This document shows positions 10,178-23,154 of a DNA stretch of 64,000 nucleotides, piece after piece. The notes under the pieces are model-generated. The model saw nothing but the letters and a program-made list of their open reading frames with translations. It had not been told where the DNA came from and made no database searches. Origin of the DNA: Paraphysomonas bandaiensis (Eukaryota; Protista; Chrysophyceae); assembly GCA_965644295.1 (NCBI GenBank), contig CBFFRP010000423.1:124001-188000 (forward strand), given 5' to 3'. Position numbers and translations under genes: made by a program. Each line of letters begins with the position of its first letter. Within the stretch, counting starts at the first letter, position 1.

Positions 10178-10540
10178 GTATGTATGTATGTATGTATGTA
10201 TGTATGTATGTATGTATGTATGTATGTATGTATGTATGTAGGTATGTATGTATGTATGTATGTATGTATGTATGTATGTATGTATGTATGTATGTATGTA
10301 TGTATGTATGTATGTATGTATGTATGTATGTATGTATGTACGTATGTATGTATGTATGTATGTATGTATGTATGTATGTATGTATGTATGTATGTAGGTA
10401 TGTATGTATGTATGTATGTATGTATGTATGTATGTATGTATGTATGTATGTATGTATGTATGTATGTATGTATGTATGTATGTATGTATGTATGTATGTA
10501 TGTATGTATGTATGTATGTATGTATGTATGTATGTATGTA
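10178..10540. repeat. (TATG)n microsatellite, right part of retrotransposon target
   Basis: About 90 TATG units with rare TAGG/TACG variants. Confidence 0.98.
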
Positions 10541-10638
10541 TACATGTGTTTCTGTGTATATTATTGTTGTTATTTCCACATAATTATTTCCAACTCTCCT
10601 CTGCTTGCATATATTGTCTTGTATAACAAGGCACAATC

Positions 10639-13561
10639 ATGCTCGCATTATCAATCTTTCTCGCATCAACTGCTACTGCTGCAGTCAGCAGCCAAATAAA
10701 AATAGAGAAGAGTACTATCAATGTATTAAACTCAGAGACTCTACCGGGTAATCTCTTACCTAATTTCCTCTTCCAACAAGGATCTATTGAAGGTGGAAGT
10801 GTCGGGGTACATATTGGAGGTGGTAAGGGTGAACCACATCCATTTATTCCTGATGATACTTGTGGCGATGATATATTTGAGGGGGCTATGGAGGATATGC
10901 GGTATGTTTCATATGTTTGTTTGTATGTATATACGTATATACATATATGTGTGTATATATATTATTGTAATTTACTATTAATTACTATATTTTACTATTA
11001 GATACTGTTAGTTACTATTTTTTGTTTTTAATTTATTGCGATAATATATCACTCTGTTGGCATTCTTGTAGATCCCCCCAGCTTCCCTATCTAACTCAGG
11101 ACCTATGGACGTGCGATCGTACACCCGAGGATATTCCCGTTTGGACAATGGAGACCGATGAGCTCAAGGTGACCATCACTCCTCAGTTTGCTGGTAAGGT
11201 TTGGGCTATTTATGATAAGGTGCGAGAGCGCGATATCCTCTACAACAACCGTGCCCACCAGCCTGCCAATATTGGAGCTCTGAAGGCCTGGGCTGCCGGT
11301 GGTGCTGAGTGGAATTGGTGCGTTTTGCGCTTTATATATTATCTAGAGGATTTTTATTTGTGTATTCTGTTACTAGGTCACCTGGTCATGTTGGACACAG
11401 TGCATTTTCAGAGACGGAGGTGTATCTAACCAAAGTGGACACCTCCGCCGGACCTATGCTCCGTGTACACGAGTTCGACCGCTACAATGGAACCGTCTGG
11501 CAGGTGGATATGATAATCGCTAATGGGAGCTTCATTGCCCATCCACGCATTACCAATCCCACCCCACACGATCAACGTGGCTACTGGTGGACATGGTGAC
11601 AGAATATATGACTTTGTGTCTATACACCGTGACGTATTTTGCAGCGTTGCTGTTGAGGCGAAGACCTCTACTCGTATCTTAACCCCTGCCACACATGTTG
11701 CTGAGACATCGCGTGAGCCAATGAGAGATGCCCCATGGCCATACTTTGCAGAGGCTATCGAGAATAGCACTTTCAAAGTAGGTGTTTCTCTATTAATCGG
11801 AATGCATCTTTATGTAAATATTCTTTATTGCAGGGATATGATGGCGAGTGGCCCACTGACAACTCCTACCTCGGAAACCACCAGCTCGGCGACATGTTCC
11901 TTCGGATTCCAGACAGTGTATACACTCCGTACATTGCACACACCCAGGAGGATGGATATGTGTTGGTACACGGCCACCCGCTAAACGGTGAGAATACTAT
12001 TCACGCTTAACTTGTTTTGTGGTAGGTTACTTGTTTTGTTACAGGAACCAAATTCTTTACCTGGGGAGATGGCGGACCTGGAAGGTTTATGCAAGACTTC
12101 CTTGCAGGTGGAGGAAAGAGACAGGGTGATTACACTGAACTCCAGGTGGGACCCGCCCCGACACAAATGCAGAACTTCCCGGTGCCTAAGAATACTGTTT
12201 TGGAATGGACTGAGTGGTGAGATTGTAATCATGATGATTAGTTATGCGATTGTTAATGGTGTTAAGCTACTGATTCTGGGTGTCTCTTGTGTCCTTTGAG
12301 TAATAATATTTGTGAAGGTTCAAGGGATTTGATGGTGATGTAAGCGTTCTCCGTGGCGACGACTATCAGAAGGCTCTTGACGAAATTGATACATGGATGA
12401 AAAGCTCCGAGGGTATGACTCAGGAAACTGTGCATGACTGGGACGCTTTCTTTGAGAAATACGCCACTGTTGAGCCCAGCGAGGTGCTGTTTTTATCTAC
12501 GTGCATTTCAATGTTGTTGTTATCTAATAAACGCGTCCTGCTGTGCAGATTTTAGTACGTGGGCAGCCTTGGGGAGCTCTTGAGGAAAAGCTTTTGGGGC
12601 AGAGACTTGCACCTGGCCTCGTTTTCGACCTTCCCAGCAAGGGTGAGGAGGGGTACGAGGAGATGCTACCCTGGATGGAGCTATTGAGCGACGGAACTTT
12701 CTCGGATGCAACTCTTTCTCGCCTTCCACTTTCATATCAAACCACTGACAACTGGTTTAAGGTCATCAAAGAGTCTGCCGACCGGGGGATGACCTGGCTG
12801 CATGCTCTCCACATTGCTATCAATCTGATTGAGCGTGGTGATGTCGAGGAGCCAAGAAACATCCTCAAGCAGTCCATGGAGCTCAAGCCTAATCCCATTG
12901 CTGCACGCAATCTAGCTATCCTTTGTCAGACATACGAGGAAGCCTGGCCACATTTCATGGTGAGTTGCAGTTATCCTCAATTCACGCACCCTTACTTTCT
13001 GTCTGTACGATTATAGGCTGCATGGGAAATCTTGCAGCAGGGCGAATGGCGTAATGATCCCGCTTACGAGAGACTCACTCGCAATTTGGTAACTGAGATG
13101 AGTTTCTTGCTTCAGCAGGAGGGATGGTACTCTCGCATGGAGGAGTGGGTGAAGGTGGTTCCAGAGTTTGCCCGTGATCTGGATGCCTTCGTGACCCTCC
13201 AGAGCAAACTGGCAATTCACAATGGCCAGTTTTCTGAGGCTCTTGAAATTCTCGGTGCCAATTGCTTTCCAACATACGCAAGCGCCAGAGATGATCTCAT
13301 GGATATGTGGAACACAGCGCAGGTATGTATATCGGATGCGTTACGAATTAGTATATTGATGAATCTTTCGTTGTTAATAGGAGGGACTGGCTGCTCAGAA
13401 GAAAGGCTCTCCTCTGAGTTTCGTGGAAGCTCATCAAGTTCGTGTTGCTAACCCAGTCCCTGAGAATATCGGGTGCAAGTACGCTTCCGAGGTTTGTTGC
13501 TCAGAATTAGTAATAGTTACTTTTTAACGTGCATATGCAGTACTGCACAAACTACTGGTAA
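10639..13561 (+). CDS. Secreted DUF5107-domain protein with TPR-like C-terminal half (multi-exon)
   Basis: Signal peptide MLALSIFLASTATA. METDELKVTITPQFAGKVWAIYDK..DILYNN..QPANIGALKAWAAGGAEWNW resembles the DUF5107 signature (LPELGGRI..QPANL..AW.SGGIEWN). About 10 short introns; last exon YCTNYW* at 13541-13561. Confidence 0.75.
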
Positions 13562-14847
13562 ATGTTAAAGCCGATCCGCAATCTCCACTCCCCCTGGTTG
13601 AGTTGCAAGTATTGATTGGTCGTTAAACGAATGCGATGAAATGCCAAGTTTAATTGATGGTCTCTTTCCGTGACATACTTATGAATTGGATTTCTTCCTG
13701 TTATCATCCATAATAATAAGAAGTTATGTGCGCTTCATTGCACTTGTTTGGTTACTGCAGTTTTCTTGTAAGGTTATTGTGTGGTTCAGAATGAAAACAT
13801 GAGGTGTCCACGGAATACCTTGTACCTTGACAATAATTTTATAGGTAAGTTTATGATGTATTAGACTACGATATTTAACGCTTATAAGTAACTGGTAAGG
13901 AGCAAAAATAATGATGGATGTGCGATTCCATGTCTCGCAAGTTGAGATTGCTAAAATCGGTTTTAATCTGTCTACCAAGCTCGGCAGTAGGGCTGTGAAA
14001 CAATTAATTGGCGGAAGTTGTAGTCTATTAAAGTTACAACTACTGCTTACTGTCCCAATATCAAACTATGTACGGAAATAGCTCTTTATTTGCTACCAAC
14101 ATAGCTGGCTCAACTGTCATTTCATTGCTGGCGACCATCCATGCGTAAAACATAAGGTATTCTAAATGCCGAGAATTCAAACTCTTAGGCAAATCAGTCA
14201 TAACTATAATAGCTCTACTGAATAATATTTCAACTTTGTGTTTCACACTGTGGTATCGACTTTACTTGTTAAAACGTTATCGCTTCCGCCGCCTGATATC
14301 ATCAATCAAACACTGCGTTGTGTAGAAACTCTGAACTATTCCGTCACTGTTATTATCATCTTCTTCCTCATTGGGCGTTACCACTTTGTATCTTCATGAC
14401 TGCCTTTTTTCGAAAGGAGCGTTATCAATAATAGCAGACGCGGATTTGTATAACCCATCTCTCAGTTTCAGAATGAACACATTTGAATGGTCTAGATTAA
14501 GTTTGAACCTTTAAGTACCTATATAAGGCTTGTGTGCCTCGAACCGCTACTTAATTGAAGAAAATTTTTATCAATTTTAATTGCCATTATTACCTGTTAT
14601 CCCAATTTCATTTATTGCAATGTCAATAATTGATAATTAATACTATTCCTCTAGAGAATACATTGCGGCATCAAATTACGCAACATTGTACCTGTTGTTT
14701 ATAACTAATATGTTCCACAGTTTAGTTGGCAATACAGTACACTACAATATAATAATACGCAACATCAACACTCCTTTGAAGCAAAATAGTTCCATTACTG
14801 GACATATTGCTCACACACAAACGTACATGCAGCATCAAGTATATGTC

Positions 14848-16913
14848 TCAATCATCAATCAAATGCAGATTCCGACATCCGCACATACAGTATCTTCCAT
14901 GTGGACCAACTCGCTTCTGCAGCGAAGTGAACTCTAGCAGCCGTGACGACATTGCAGCGATCTTGCCTTTGCTCGGCCCAAAGCAGCAACAAAATTTCTT
15001 CGACTTTACTAGGGTTTCTAAAGCTGGTGGATGTTCTTGAATATCATCCGGTTGAGCACTAGCCTCGACTTCGTTGACTTGATAGTACCCACTTGTACCC
15101 CTGTTCAAAGGCCCTTTTCGAGTAACCTGCATACGGACAGGCCCATTCTCAGCAATTTCCTGCAGCAAAGCAAACGCCTCCAGTTTTCCCAATAAACCTG
15201 TTTTCGGCTTCCGCTTCGCAAGTTTACACATCAACATCGCAAACTCTGAGAATTCAATGGTTCCGTTATTATTTGTGTCAATGGAACGGAAAAATAGCTG
15301 TCTAGAAAGTTTGTCTCCCTTAGCAAACGATTACAACCATAAGGACGTATACAATACGGCACATACCCCTGCATCTACAGCATCCAGAAAAGTGTAGAAC
15401 TCAGACTCATCGATATTTCCTGTGCGCGATCTATTGATCTCCTCAAACTGAAGTTTTATCCTTTCCACCATGCCAAAATCGAAAGTATTATGAAGCTGTA
15501 TACATAGGTCACTACAATTACTAATGTGCTTTACATGGCTGACCTTATCCCACTCCGCATCAGAAAGGTGGAATTTGACTTGATTTGGCATGCACCATAA
15601 CACTTCAGACTCGTCGAGAGTGTGAACGTATTGCCATCGTTCAGCAAGTGGGTGCCACCTTACTATCCTGCAGAAAATAGAATATATAAGAATATAAAAA
15701 AGTTGTTGTAAATTTCCCACCAGTCCCCAACCATGAAGTCTTTCTTTTTGGTAAGCTTCTTTGGAAGTTGCTTCTCTTTGGTCTTATCAGAAAAATCAAT
15801 ATCGACATTGAACAACTTTTCGTTCATCTTTTCCCTCTTAATGTGTGCAGTTATATCCATGAATTTTTGGTAAGATTTAATCTCCAGCTCATCGTTTAGA
15901 TAATACTACAATTTTTCAGTGACGACAGTATTGAAACATGCAATCATGTCACTACAGCATTCTACACATACTGTGCCACATATATCTTGGTAACGCAAAA
16001 AAAAGTATATACACACTTCACATATTAGAACGCACCCTAAACAGAAACTGAATGTCTCTACGTTCAAATCTTTCTCCTATTTCGAAAAGTATCTCCTTGT
16101 AGCGCACAATTCCCACACTCTCAAAGTGCAATATTTCCTGAAAATGTCTACTGTCAACAAAGAACAAAAGATCAGAGTCATGTTGCACCTCGTCGTAAAG
16201 CTCTCTAAGGTGGTGTATCTCCCTGGCATGAAACAGTTCTGCTATAAATTCCTCTAAAAAGTATGGGTCTGCATCTGGTCGAGTGGTGAGTGTCTAACAT
16301 AAGCAGAAACTGAGGTCCCTCAAAAAATTTAGTTGGAAAACTACCTGGTTGAGATGACTATTGGTATAAACAAACTCCTTTGTACTTTCTTGTAGTACAC
16401 GTTTCCAACCAAAAGGAAGGTCTGCTTCAATGAGAACCGAATTGGAGCAGGGAGACTCACGGCTGTAGCCTTGTTTATTCCTCGCCTTAACTGAGAACCG
16501 ATACTATGCAGTATGTTATATCCACTGTGTTGTAATCGTTTGCTCACATAAGTGCTTACCTCTCTACCATTTGTCAATCCCTCAAATATAATCTGTTTAA
16601 TTTTCTTCAAAAACTTTACGGGCATTGATCCCTTATGTTTCCATGTATCACCAGTGAGATCCTTTCGATAGCGATGTACTTCCCATTCAATTATATCCGA
16701 ATCATCATCATAATGCCACCATACAGCAGCTGATTCATGACGACCTAATGCATATACAAGATTAGGTGGTTCAGGAAAACCAAATAATCGATCCATTTCT
16801 TCTTTCTTCTCTGGTGATAGTGTGGATACAGTAGAAGATGAACGAGCATCATCTAATAAAATCTTTTGATGATATTCCATACTTTTAACTTTTTTTGCAG
16901 CAAATAATTCCAT
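14848..16913 (-). CDS. Fibronectin type III + WW-like + EF-hand protein (multi-exon)
   Basis: PEPP..W..GLTNGREY|RFSVKARNKQGYSRES (FN3); LPFGWKRV..FVYTN (WW-like); NRSRTGNIDESEF and DTNNNGTIEFSEF (EF-hand loops). Confidence 0.75.
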
Positions 16914-17831
16914 TTTTTTTAATAATAAAAACCCCTAATAACTATTAAACTATTGATTTCTATATATATGAGTAGTTTCTAATAGATATATAGTGATATA
17001 TACTTAATAGTTATGTATGTCGTAGTTGTTCGAGTAGCTAGTTAGCTAGCTATATATATATATATAAAGTCTGTTGATATGGTATGTAATGCAATGAATG
17101 AAACATAAGGTTCTTAGATGGATATTGTGGTATCTTCTCCATGTGTAATTAGATCTTAATTTATTGCATGATTGTTATGAAATGATGGTGTATATGGTGG
17201 CTATATATATACAGATATCTATATGGGGTTAGCAGTATGAGTATGTTATATATACATACATGCGTATGTTATATAGAGACTACACACAGCATACATATAC
17301 ATATACATATACATGCTGTGTAAGGTATATCATTGGGATAAACGGGCTTACTGGGATAACTGATCTATACACAGCAGTACTGCTGCATGTATGGTGTACT
17401 GTAGTATTACGTACAGCAGTACGGTTCACTAGTACAGCAGCAGTGGGGTTAGTTATACATCTTACAGTACATTTATCTATCGAGCAGTACATGTATGTAT
17501 ATACTACTGTACACACGTACATATAGATGCATATATATCATCCTCATATATATATATACACACCTCTATAGACTCATTAAACTTTCAATTCACACTATAT
17601 CACACACTCTAATCACCTCACATCATCTTTTATTCTTCTATCACATTCTCTTATCTTTTACTGGTAATCTCTCACCTCAATCTACCTCATTTACACCCCT
17701 ATACATACATATATACATGTATCCATCATATCTCACAGTATACATACATAACTCCATCTAATTAATCATCATATGATCAGTACATCTCCTCCAACAAGAT
17801 ATCTTTTAATCTCACTTATCTGAAGGTTGAT

Positions 17832-20800
17832 ATGGAGGGTGTATCACGGCAGTTAAGTGCTGATACAGATACTGATGAATGGAGCAGTACATCGCCTGAT
17901 ATTGTTGTACATAGTCGTAGACGTGCTACACGTGTTAATATTCTTGAAGCTACTAGTGTGGCATTTATTTCTGAAGAACAAGTTCATAGAATTCGCTCTG
18001 TGTTAGCACGATTGATTGAATTAGCACCTGTTAAACGCACCGATCATATGCTAAAGGCAAGAGCGTTTATTTTATGGTCAGAGAAGCATCCCCTCTATCA
18101 AAAGTGTGATGAGCTGGCAAAACAACTACAAGAACGGGCACTAGCGTTAAAAACATTGAAAGAAGCGTATTTGAGGGATGTTGTGAGGTATTGAAAAAAT
18201 ATCAACCGTGTTATTTTATTCTGACGAAATACATAAGTGTGAAATTCCAGTTGGAGCGATATTATAAAGACCATAACATGGAGGTTGAGTCCAGGGAACT
18301 TACAAGTATTCCCAGTGCAGATCTTCGTTCCCTTGTTTATTCATCTCAGTCAGAGGATTCATCCAACCAGCTTCGGCACACGGTTATGAAAGCTCACTTG
18401 GTTTCACAGGAAGAGTCAAAGAAGTGGACAGCTAACCCATGGGAAAAGAGCAAGTCGTACAAGGCTTTCAAGAACATAGAAACCGACGGTAGATTCTCTA
18501 TGCCACCTGGAGGAAATTCTATCAACTTATACGCCCCTTCTCGACACCGTCTCTTTGTTCGTTACTGCAAGCAGTGCATTGGAATTATGACACTCGTAGA
18601 GGAGTGGAATCAGGACGTGGAGAAATCATTTTACAGGCGAATTGAGGGGAAAACGAATGAAGAATTGAGGCAAGTTATTCGCAATCTCAATGAATTTATT
18701 TTGGAACAATCAAAAGAAATTGAAAACCTTCAGAGAGACTTGGATGCAGTACGAAAGGGCTCGCATTGGTTTGACACATGGAAAGAAACCACACACTTTG
18801 ACGAAGATATGAAGCTGAAGGCTAATCGATTCAGGTGCATAAATATAGATTGGTTGGTGTAATATAATGTTCTGAGGTACTCTATATACAGAGAATTATA
18901 TATACGTTGGAATAACGAAGCGCAAATGTGTCATGAGGAGAAGGAGGAAATTCGGAGGCAACTGAAAGCAACCAAACTTAGACTCAAAGAATCTGAGGAA
19001 CAGTTTGAGAGTACAGTAGCATCCATGAAAGAGAATTACGAAAGTGCAAGAGAAGAGTGGGAGGCGGAGCGTAGTGCTCTTAAGAGAGATATATACGAAA
19101 GAGACAGCTTATTAGATGAGAAAGACGTTATGGTCGAGCGAATGACTACAGAGGTCAAAAAAGCAGTTGATGAAAAGGAGAGATTTGAGAGAATAAACAA
19201 GCAGCTACTAGCTTCGATTGATGAAAAAGATAAAATTCTCAGTGAGTATAGAGAAGAAGCAGTGAATCATATAGAGAGTCTTAACACTCAAGTTCATATG
19301 TTAAACCAAGATGTTGAAATGGCAGACGCTGAGAAAGACCGATTGCTTGAGGAGCTGGAGCGCCTGAAGTACGGGGACAATGGTGCTACTAGTAATGCGG
19401 AAGAGAAAGTCGAGGCGAGTGCAGAGATTGGTGAAAAAGTCTATGATGAAGCTTCTGCCCTAGGTGGCGTCACTAATACTAGTGCTACTCTCAGCGCTGA
19501 GGAGTCGATGAGAATTCGCAAGGAATACCTAATTAACAAAATGCGGGCAGTTATATCTGTCATTCCTCGAAGACTACGCAGTCACATTGCCACGAACATA
19601 GAACGATTTGCACCAGTGGTAGCTGATAATTTCACACAAGCCGAATCGAAGCGTTCTACTAGTAGTCGTGTAGCATCTCCAGAACAAGGGTATATGAGAA
19701 ACGAACTAGATCGGTTCAGTGAGGTGGATGACGAGGATTGTGATGAGGTGTCACTTCTAAGTGATGGTGCTCCGGATGCTAATCTGGGAAATCAAGAAGC
19801 TCTACTCACTTCACTTGAGGGGGAAAAGCCAGTTTCAGCTGGAATTTCAAGGACGGTCGAACAGCAACCTCAGCAAAAAGAATCTACGCCATCTAATGCA
19901 TGTGATTATCACACATCCGTACAAGACGAGAATGATGGCGAAGCACCCATTCGCTGGAGGGAGTCGTCACAAAGAAACCAGCGCAGAAGTATATCTTCAT
20001 CTCGGGCGCCGCCACGAACTGTGTCTCACAAGCAGAGTGCAACTGAATCAAGTAGTGATACTCATGTCGATGGACAGCGGTTTAGTCAGCCAATTGTATT
20101 GGATGAGAATAATAATATGCCGTCCCGTCCGAGGAGCGGTAGCAGTGTCAAATCAGTAGAGATTGATAGGGGAACGAAACCTAGTTCTCAGTCTACCGAT
20201 CATCCTGCAGAAGAAAACTCGAATTATCAGTCGATATCTCGACAGCACAGCGAGGATATTGTGTTTCCATCTGTAGAAGCTGCTGAAATTGATTGTAAAG
20301 TGCAGGCTGATACGAAGCCTAGTTCAGCGAGGCTTCGTTCATTGTCAAGGGCTAGAAGTAGCGGAACAATATCTTCTGTTGGAGACTCATGTGATGCTGA
20401 CGATGCATCTGACATGTCGCGCCCTATTCTGAATGTGAGACGTCATGCAAGCAAGACGAAATTAGCGGCAGATATCGCCCCGCTTATTAGGGTTGACACT
20501 ACGGATAGCTCAGATTCGTATTCCGCTGCGGGACGTGGGTCCAAGGCCGCGATTATTCCGACGCAGATTATTCGAGCTCGTAGTCAGATTATGCGACAGC
20601 TTTCATCTCTACAAGATTCTATTCCGGAGGAGTCCGACAGGGATAGGGAAATGAGTGTGTCCTGTGTTGAACCTGGTCAGTCCGCAGCATCTAGTTCGCA
20701 ATTAATAGCGGACTATCATGAGGGTGTTTCGGACTTACTAGGGTTGATAGCCCCGTATATTAGACCTCCTATGTCCTTGAAAATTGCAGCCATATGCGTT

Positions 20801-22720
20801 CGGTTTTGTGTAAAGTTCAGGCGAGCGCTAGACAAAAGAGACCCATCTCAGTTAGGATCATTTGGGCAACGAATCCTTATTAAACGACACGAAAAATGTA
20901 ATGATGAGCTGCATCGACGTCTCAGCGTAGTCACTGAAAGCAGTGCACATGTTGAACATTCAAAGCGTGAATTCATGCTGCAAAAAAATCAGATGGCAGC
21001 GCGTATAAAACAATTGGAGCAAGAGGTAATTGTGTATCGGAAGGAACAAAGGCATTTCAAAAAGGATATGTGGGAACTGAAGATAGATGTTCTGCGGCAG
21101 CACATAATGGGCCAATGGCAGCGAACAATGGCCCATGACCTAGCCGAGTTGGTGAAGCTAATGAGGATGAGGCTCTACGGGATGATTAACTCCAATTTTG
21201 AGACATCAGTGACGATGGGTTCAGATATGACCGAATCATCAGCAGAGGGAAAGATGCAACTGCATCATGTGCATGGAAAATTGCGTGCACTGGTTGCGGA
21301 AATGACTAAATGGAGCCGAGAGCATAAAGAAGAACATCCAGTTAGAGACTTGCAACTAGGATATTTCAATTCATTTCAGGGATATGGGTCGAAAATTCGA
21401 AATGAAGAACGCGCACTGAAGATACTCGCCCGTGCCGCAAAGTGTGATTTAATTCAAGTGGAGAAGAGGTGGAATGCTAAGGTTGAAAAGGTTCGGTCAG
21501 TTGAGGTAAAATACAAGGAGGTTGTGAAGTCGAAACAGTGCCCTACTTGTGTAGAATATGAGCGAGTGTTCCTCAGTCAGAACGGGAAATCGACGAAGGA
21601 TAGCATGAGTTGGTCTGAATTTGGACTTGTAGCAACCTTACAGTCGGGAGGCAGTGGGGGTAATACTGCAGAGCGAGTGAAGAAACTATTGCAATCTCTT
21701 CCAGCAGACCAGTTGAACGGGGTAAAAGAGTCTATTAAAGAGGCAATATTTCATGATGTTGTCGAAGAAGAACAAAAGAAAGCGGAGACTGTAATGCGTG
21801 AAAAGGTTTCTAAATACCTTGAGAAAGAGTACGACTTGCACAATCAGATAAATGATCTCAATGTGCAGATAATGGAAAAGGAGAAAGCTGCAGCAAGAAT
21901 AGAAGAATCGAAGGCACAGGATTTTTCTCGAATATTAACTGAGCGCGATGATTTGAGGGACACAGTTAGAGATCTGACTCGCCAGAATCTCGTCCTCCGT
22001 ACTGCTGTTCGAGATAGCTATAAGGTGACTCAGATGGAAGAGGAAGAACTAGCACGTACACAGGAGATTATGCGTGAAATGGAGAGAAAATCAAATCCTC
22101 CTAAATCTGATAAATCTACTCAAGTTGATGGGGACGACCAGTCATCACTTGGGGAGGAGTCAATAATGCTAGATCAGACCGACATCGTGCTTCAGGCAAA
22201 GGCACGTAATTTTTTTGCGCGTATGAGTGTTGTAGATCCTACAACTATTGGTGGGGAACAGCCCACTTGGGGATCTTCTAGAATATCTCATCCAGAGGAG
22301 CGTCCCTCTGTTACTGATGCTATGTCTACTGTTACCAATGCAAAGTCGAAATTCCGCCAACTGAAAAATATTCCTATTGGTGTCTCCAGAAAAGTCATCA
22401 GAGAAGCGACGGCTTACGGTGAAATGGATGACCGCAACACGTCTCGCATGGCAGCACACTTGCAGGCGGGGAGCATGAAATACGGGCGCTCAGATGCTCT
22501 CGCTCTTTCACGACAAAGTGAAAGTACTGAGGAACTCCATAAATTTGGCTCTACGCCAATGACTTCAGAATCAGGCAAACGTAGACCAGAATCTGCTCGT
22601 GAAGTCACATCTGTTATGAAAAGTGGCGTACCAATTCGTACTGGCATTGCCACTCACGGTTACAGGAAAAAATCTTTCCGACCAGAATCGGCTCCTAGCC
22701 ATCGAAAAAAGAGTACTTGA
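17832..22720 (+). CDS. Large (~1,590 aa) coiled-coil / low-complexity protein of unknown function, 3 exons
   Basis: ORFs 17832-18194, 18191-18862 and 18926-22720 can be linked by short introns near 18187-18237 and 18835-18891; long E/K/Q heptad stretches and Ser-rich disordered regions. Confidence 0.75.
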
Positions 22721-23154
22721 TGCCTTTCCTTATAGACTGGTAATTTGTGCTAAGTGAGTGATATTTATTGTATATGGCGAACATAGTCGTAAAAATATGT
22801 ATAGTAATACCAATTCTCCGAAAGGTGTTTGTTTTTATTAAGTATTAAGTATAATCTTATTCTTCTCATATCATGCGGCACTCCGTCGACTATTAGCAAG
22901 CAATAGTACTTGCAATTTATAGATGTCACAAAAGATACGTTAGATATTCTGTCCGCTTTATAAAGTAGTATATAGAATTGACAAATGTACGCATACTTAG
23001 TAGAAGTAGAAGTGCACTTTCGCTTGAAGTTAAATATGCAATATATCAAATCGGATTTTGATTAATAATAATATTATTAGTGTATATCCTGCATTGAATT
23101 GTATTTATAACAACTGTGGACGCCACTGCATGGAAACGGTACTCATAACCAACT

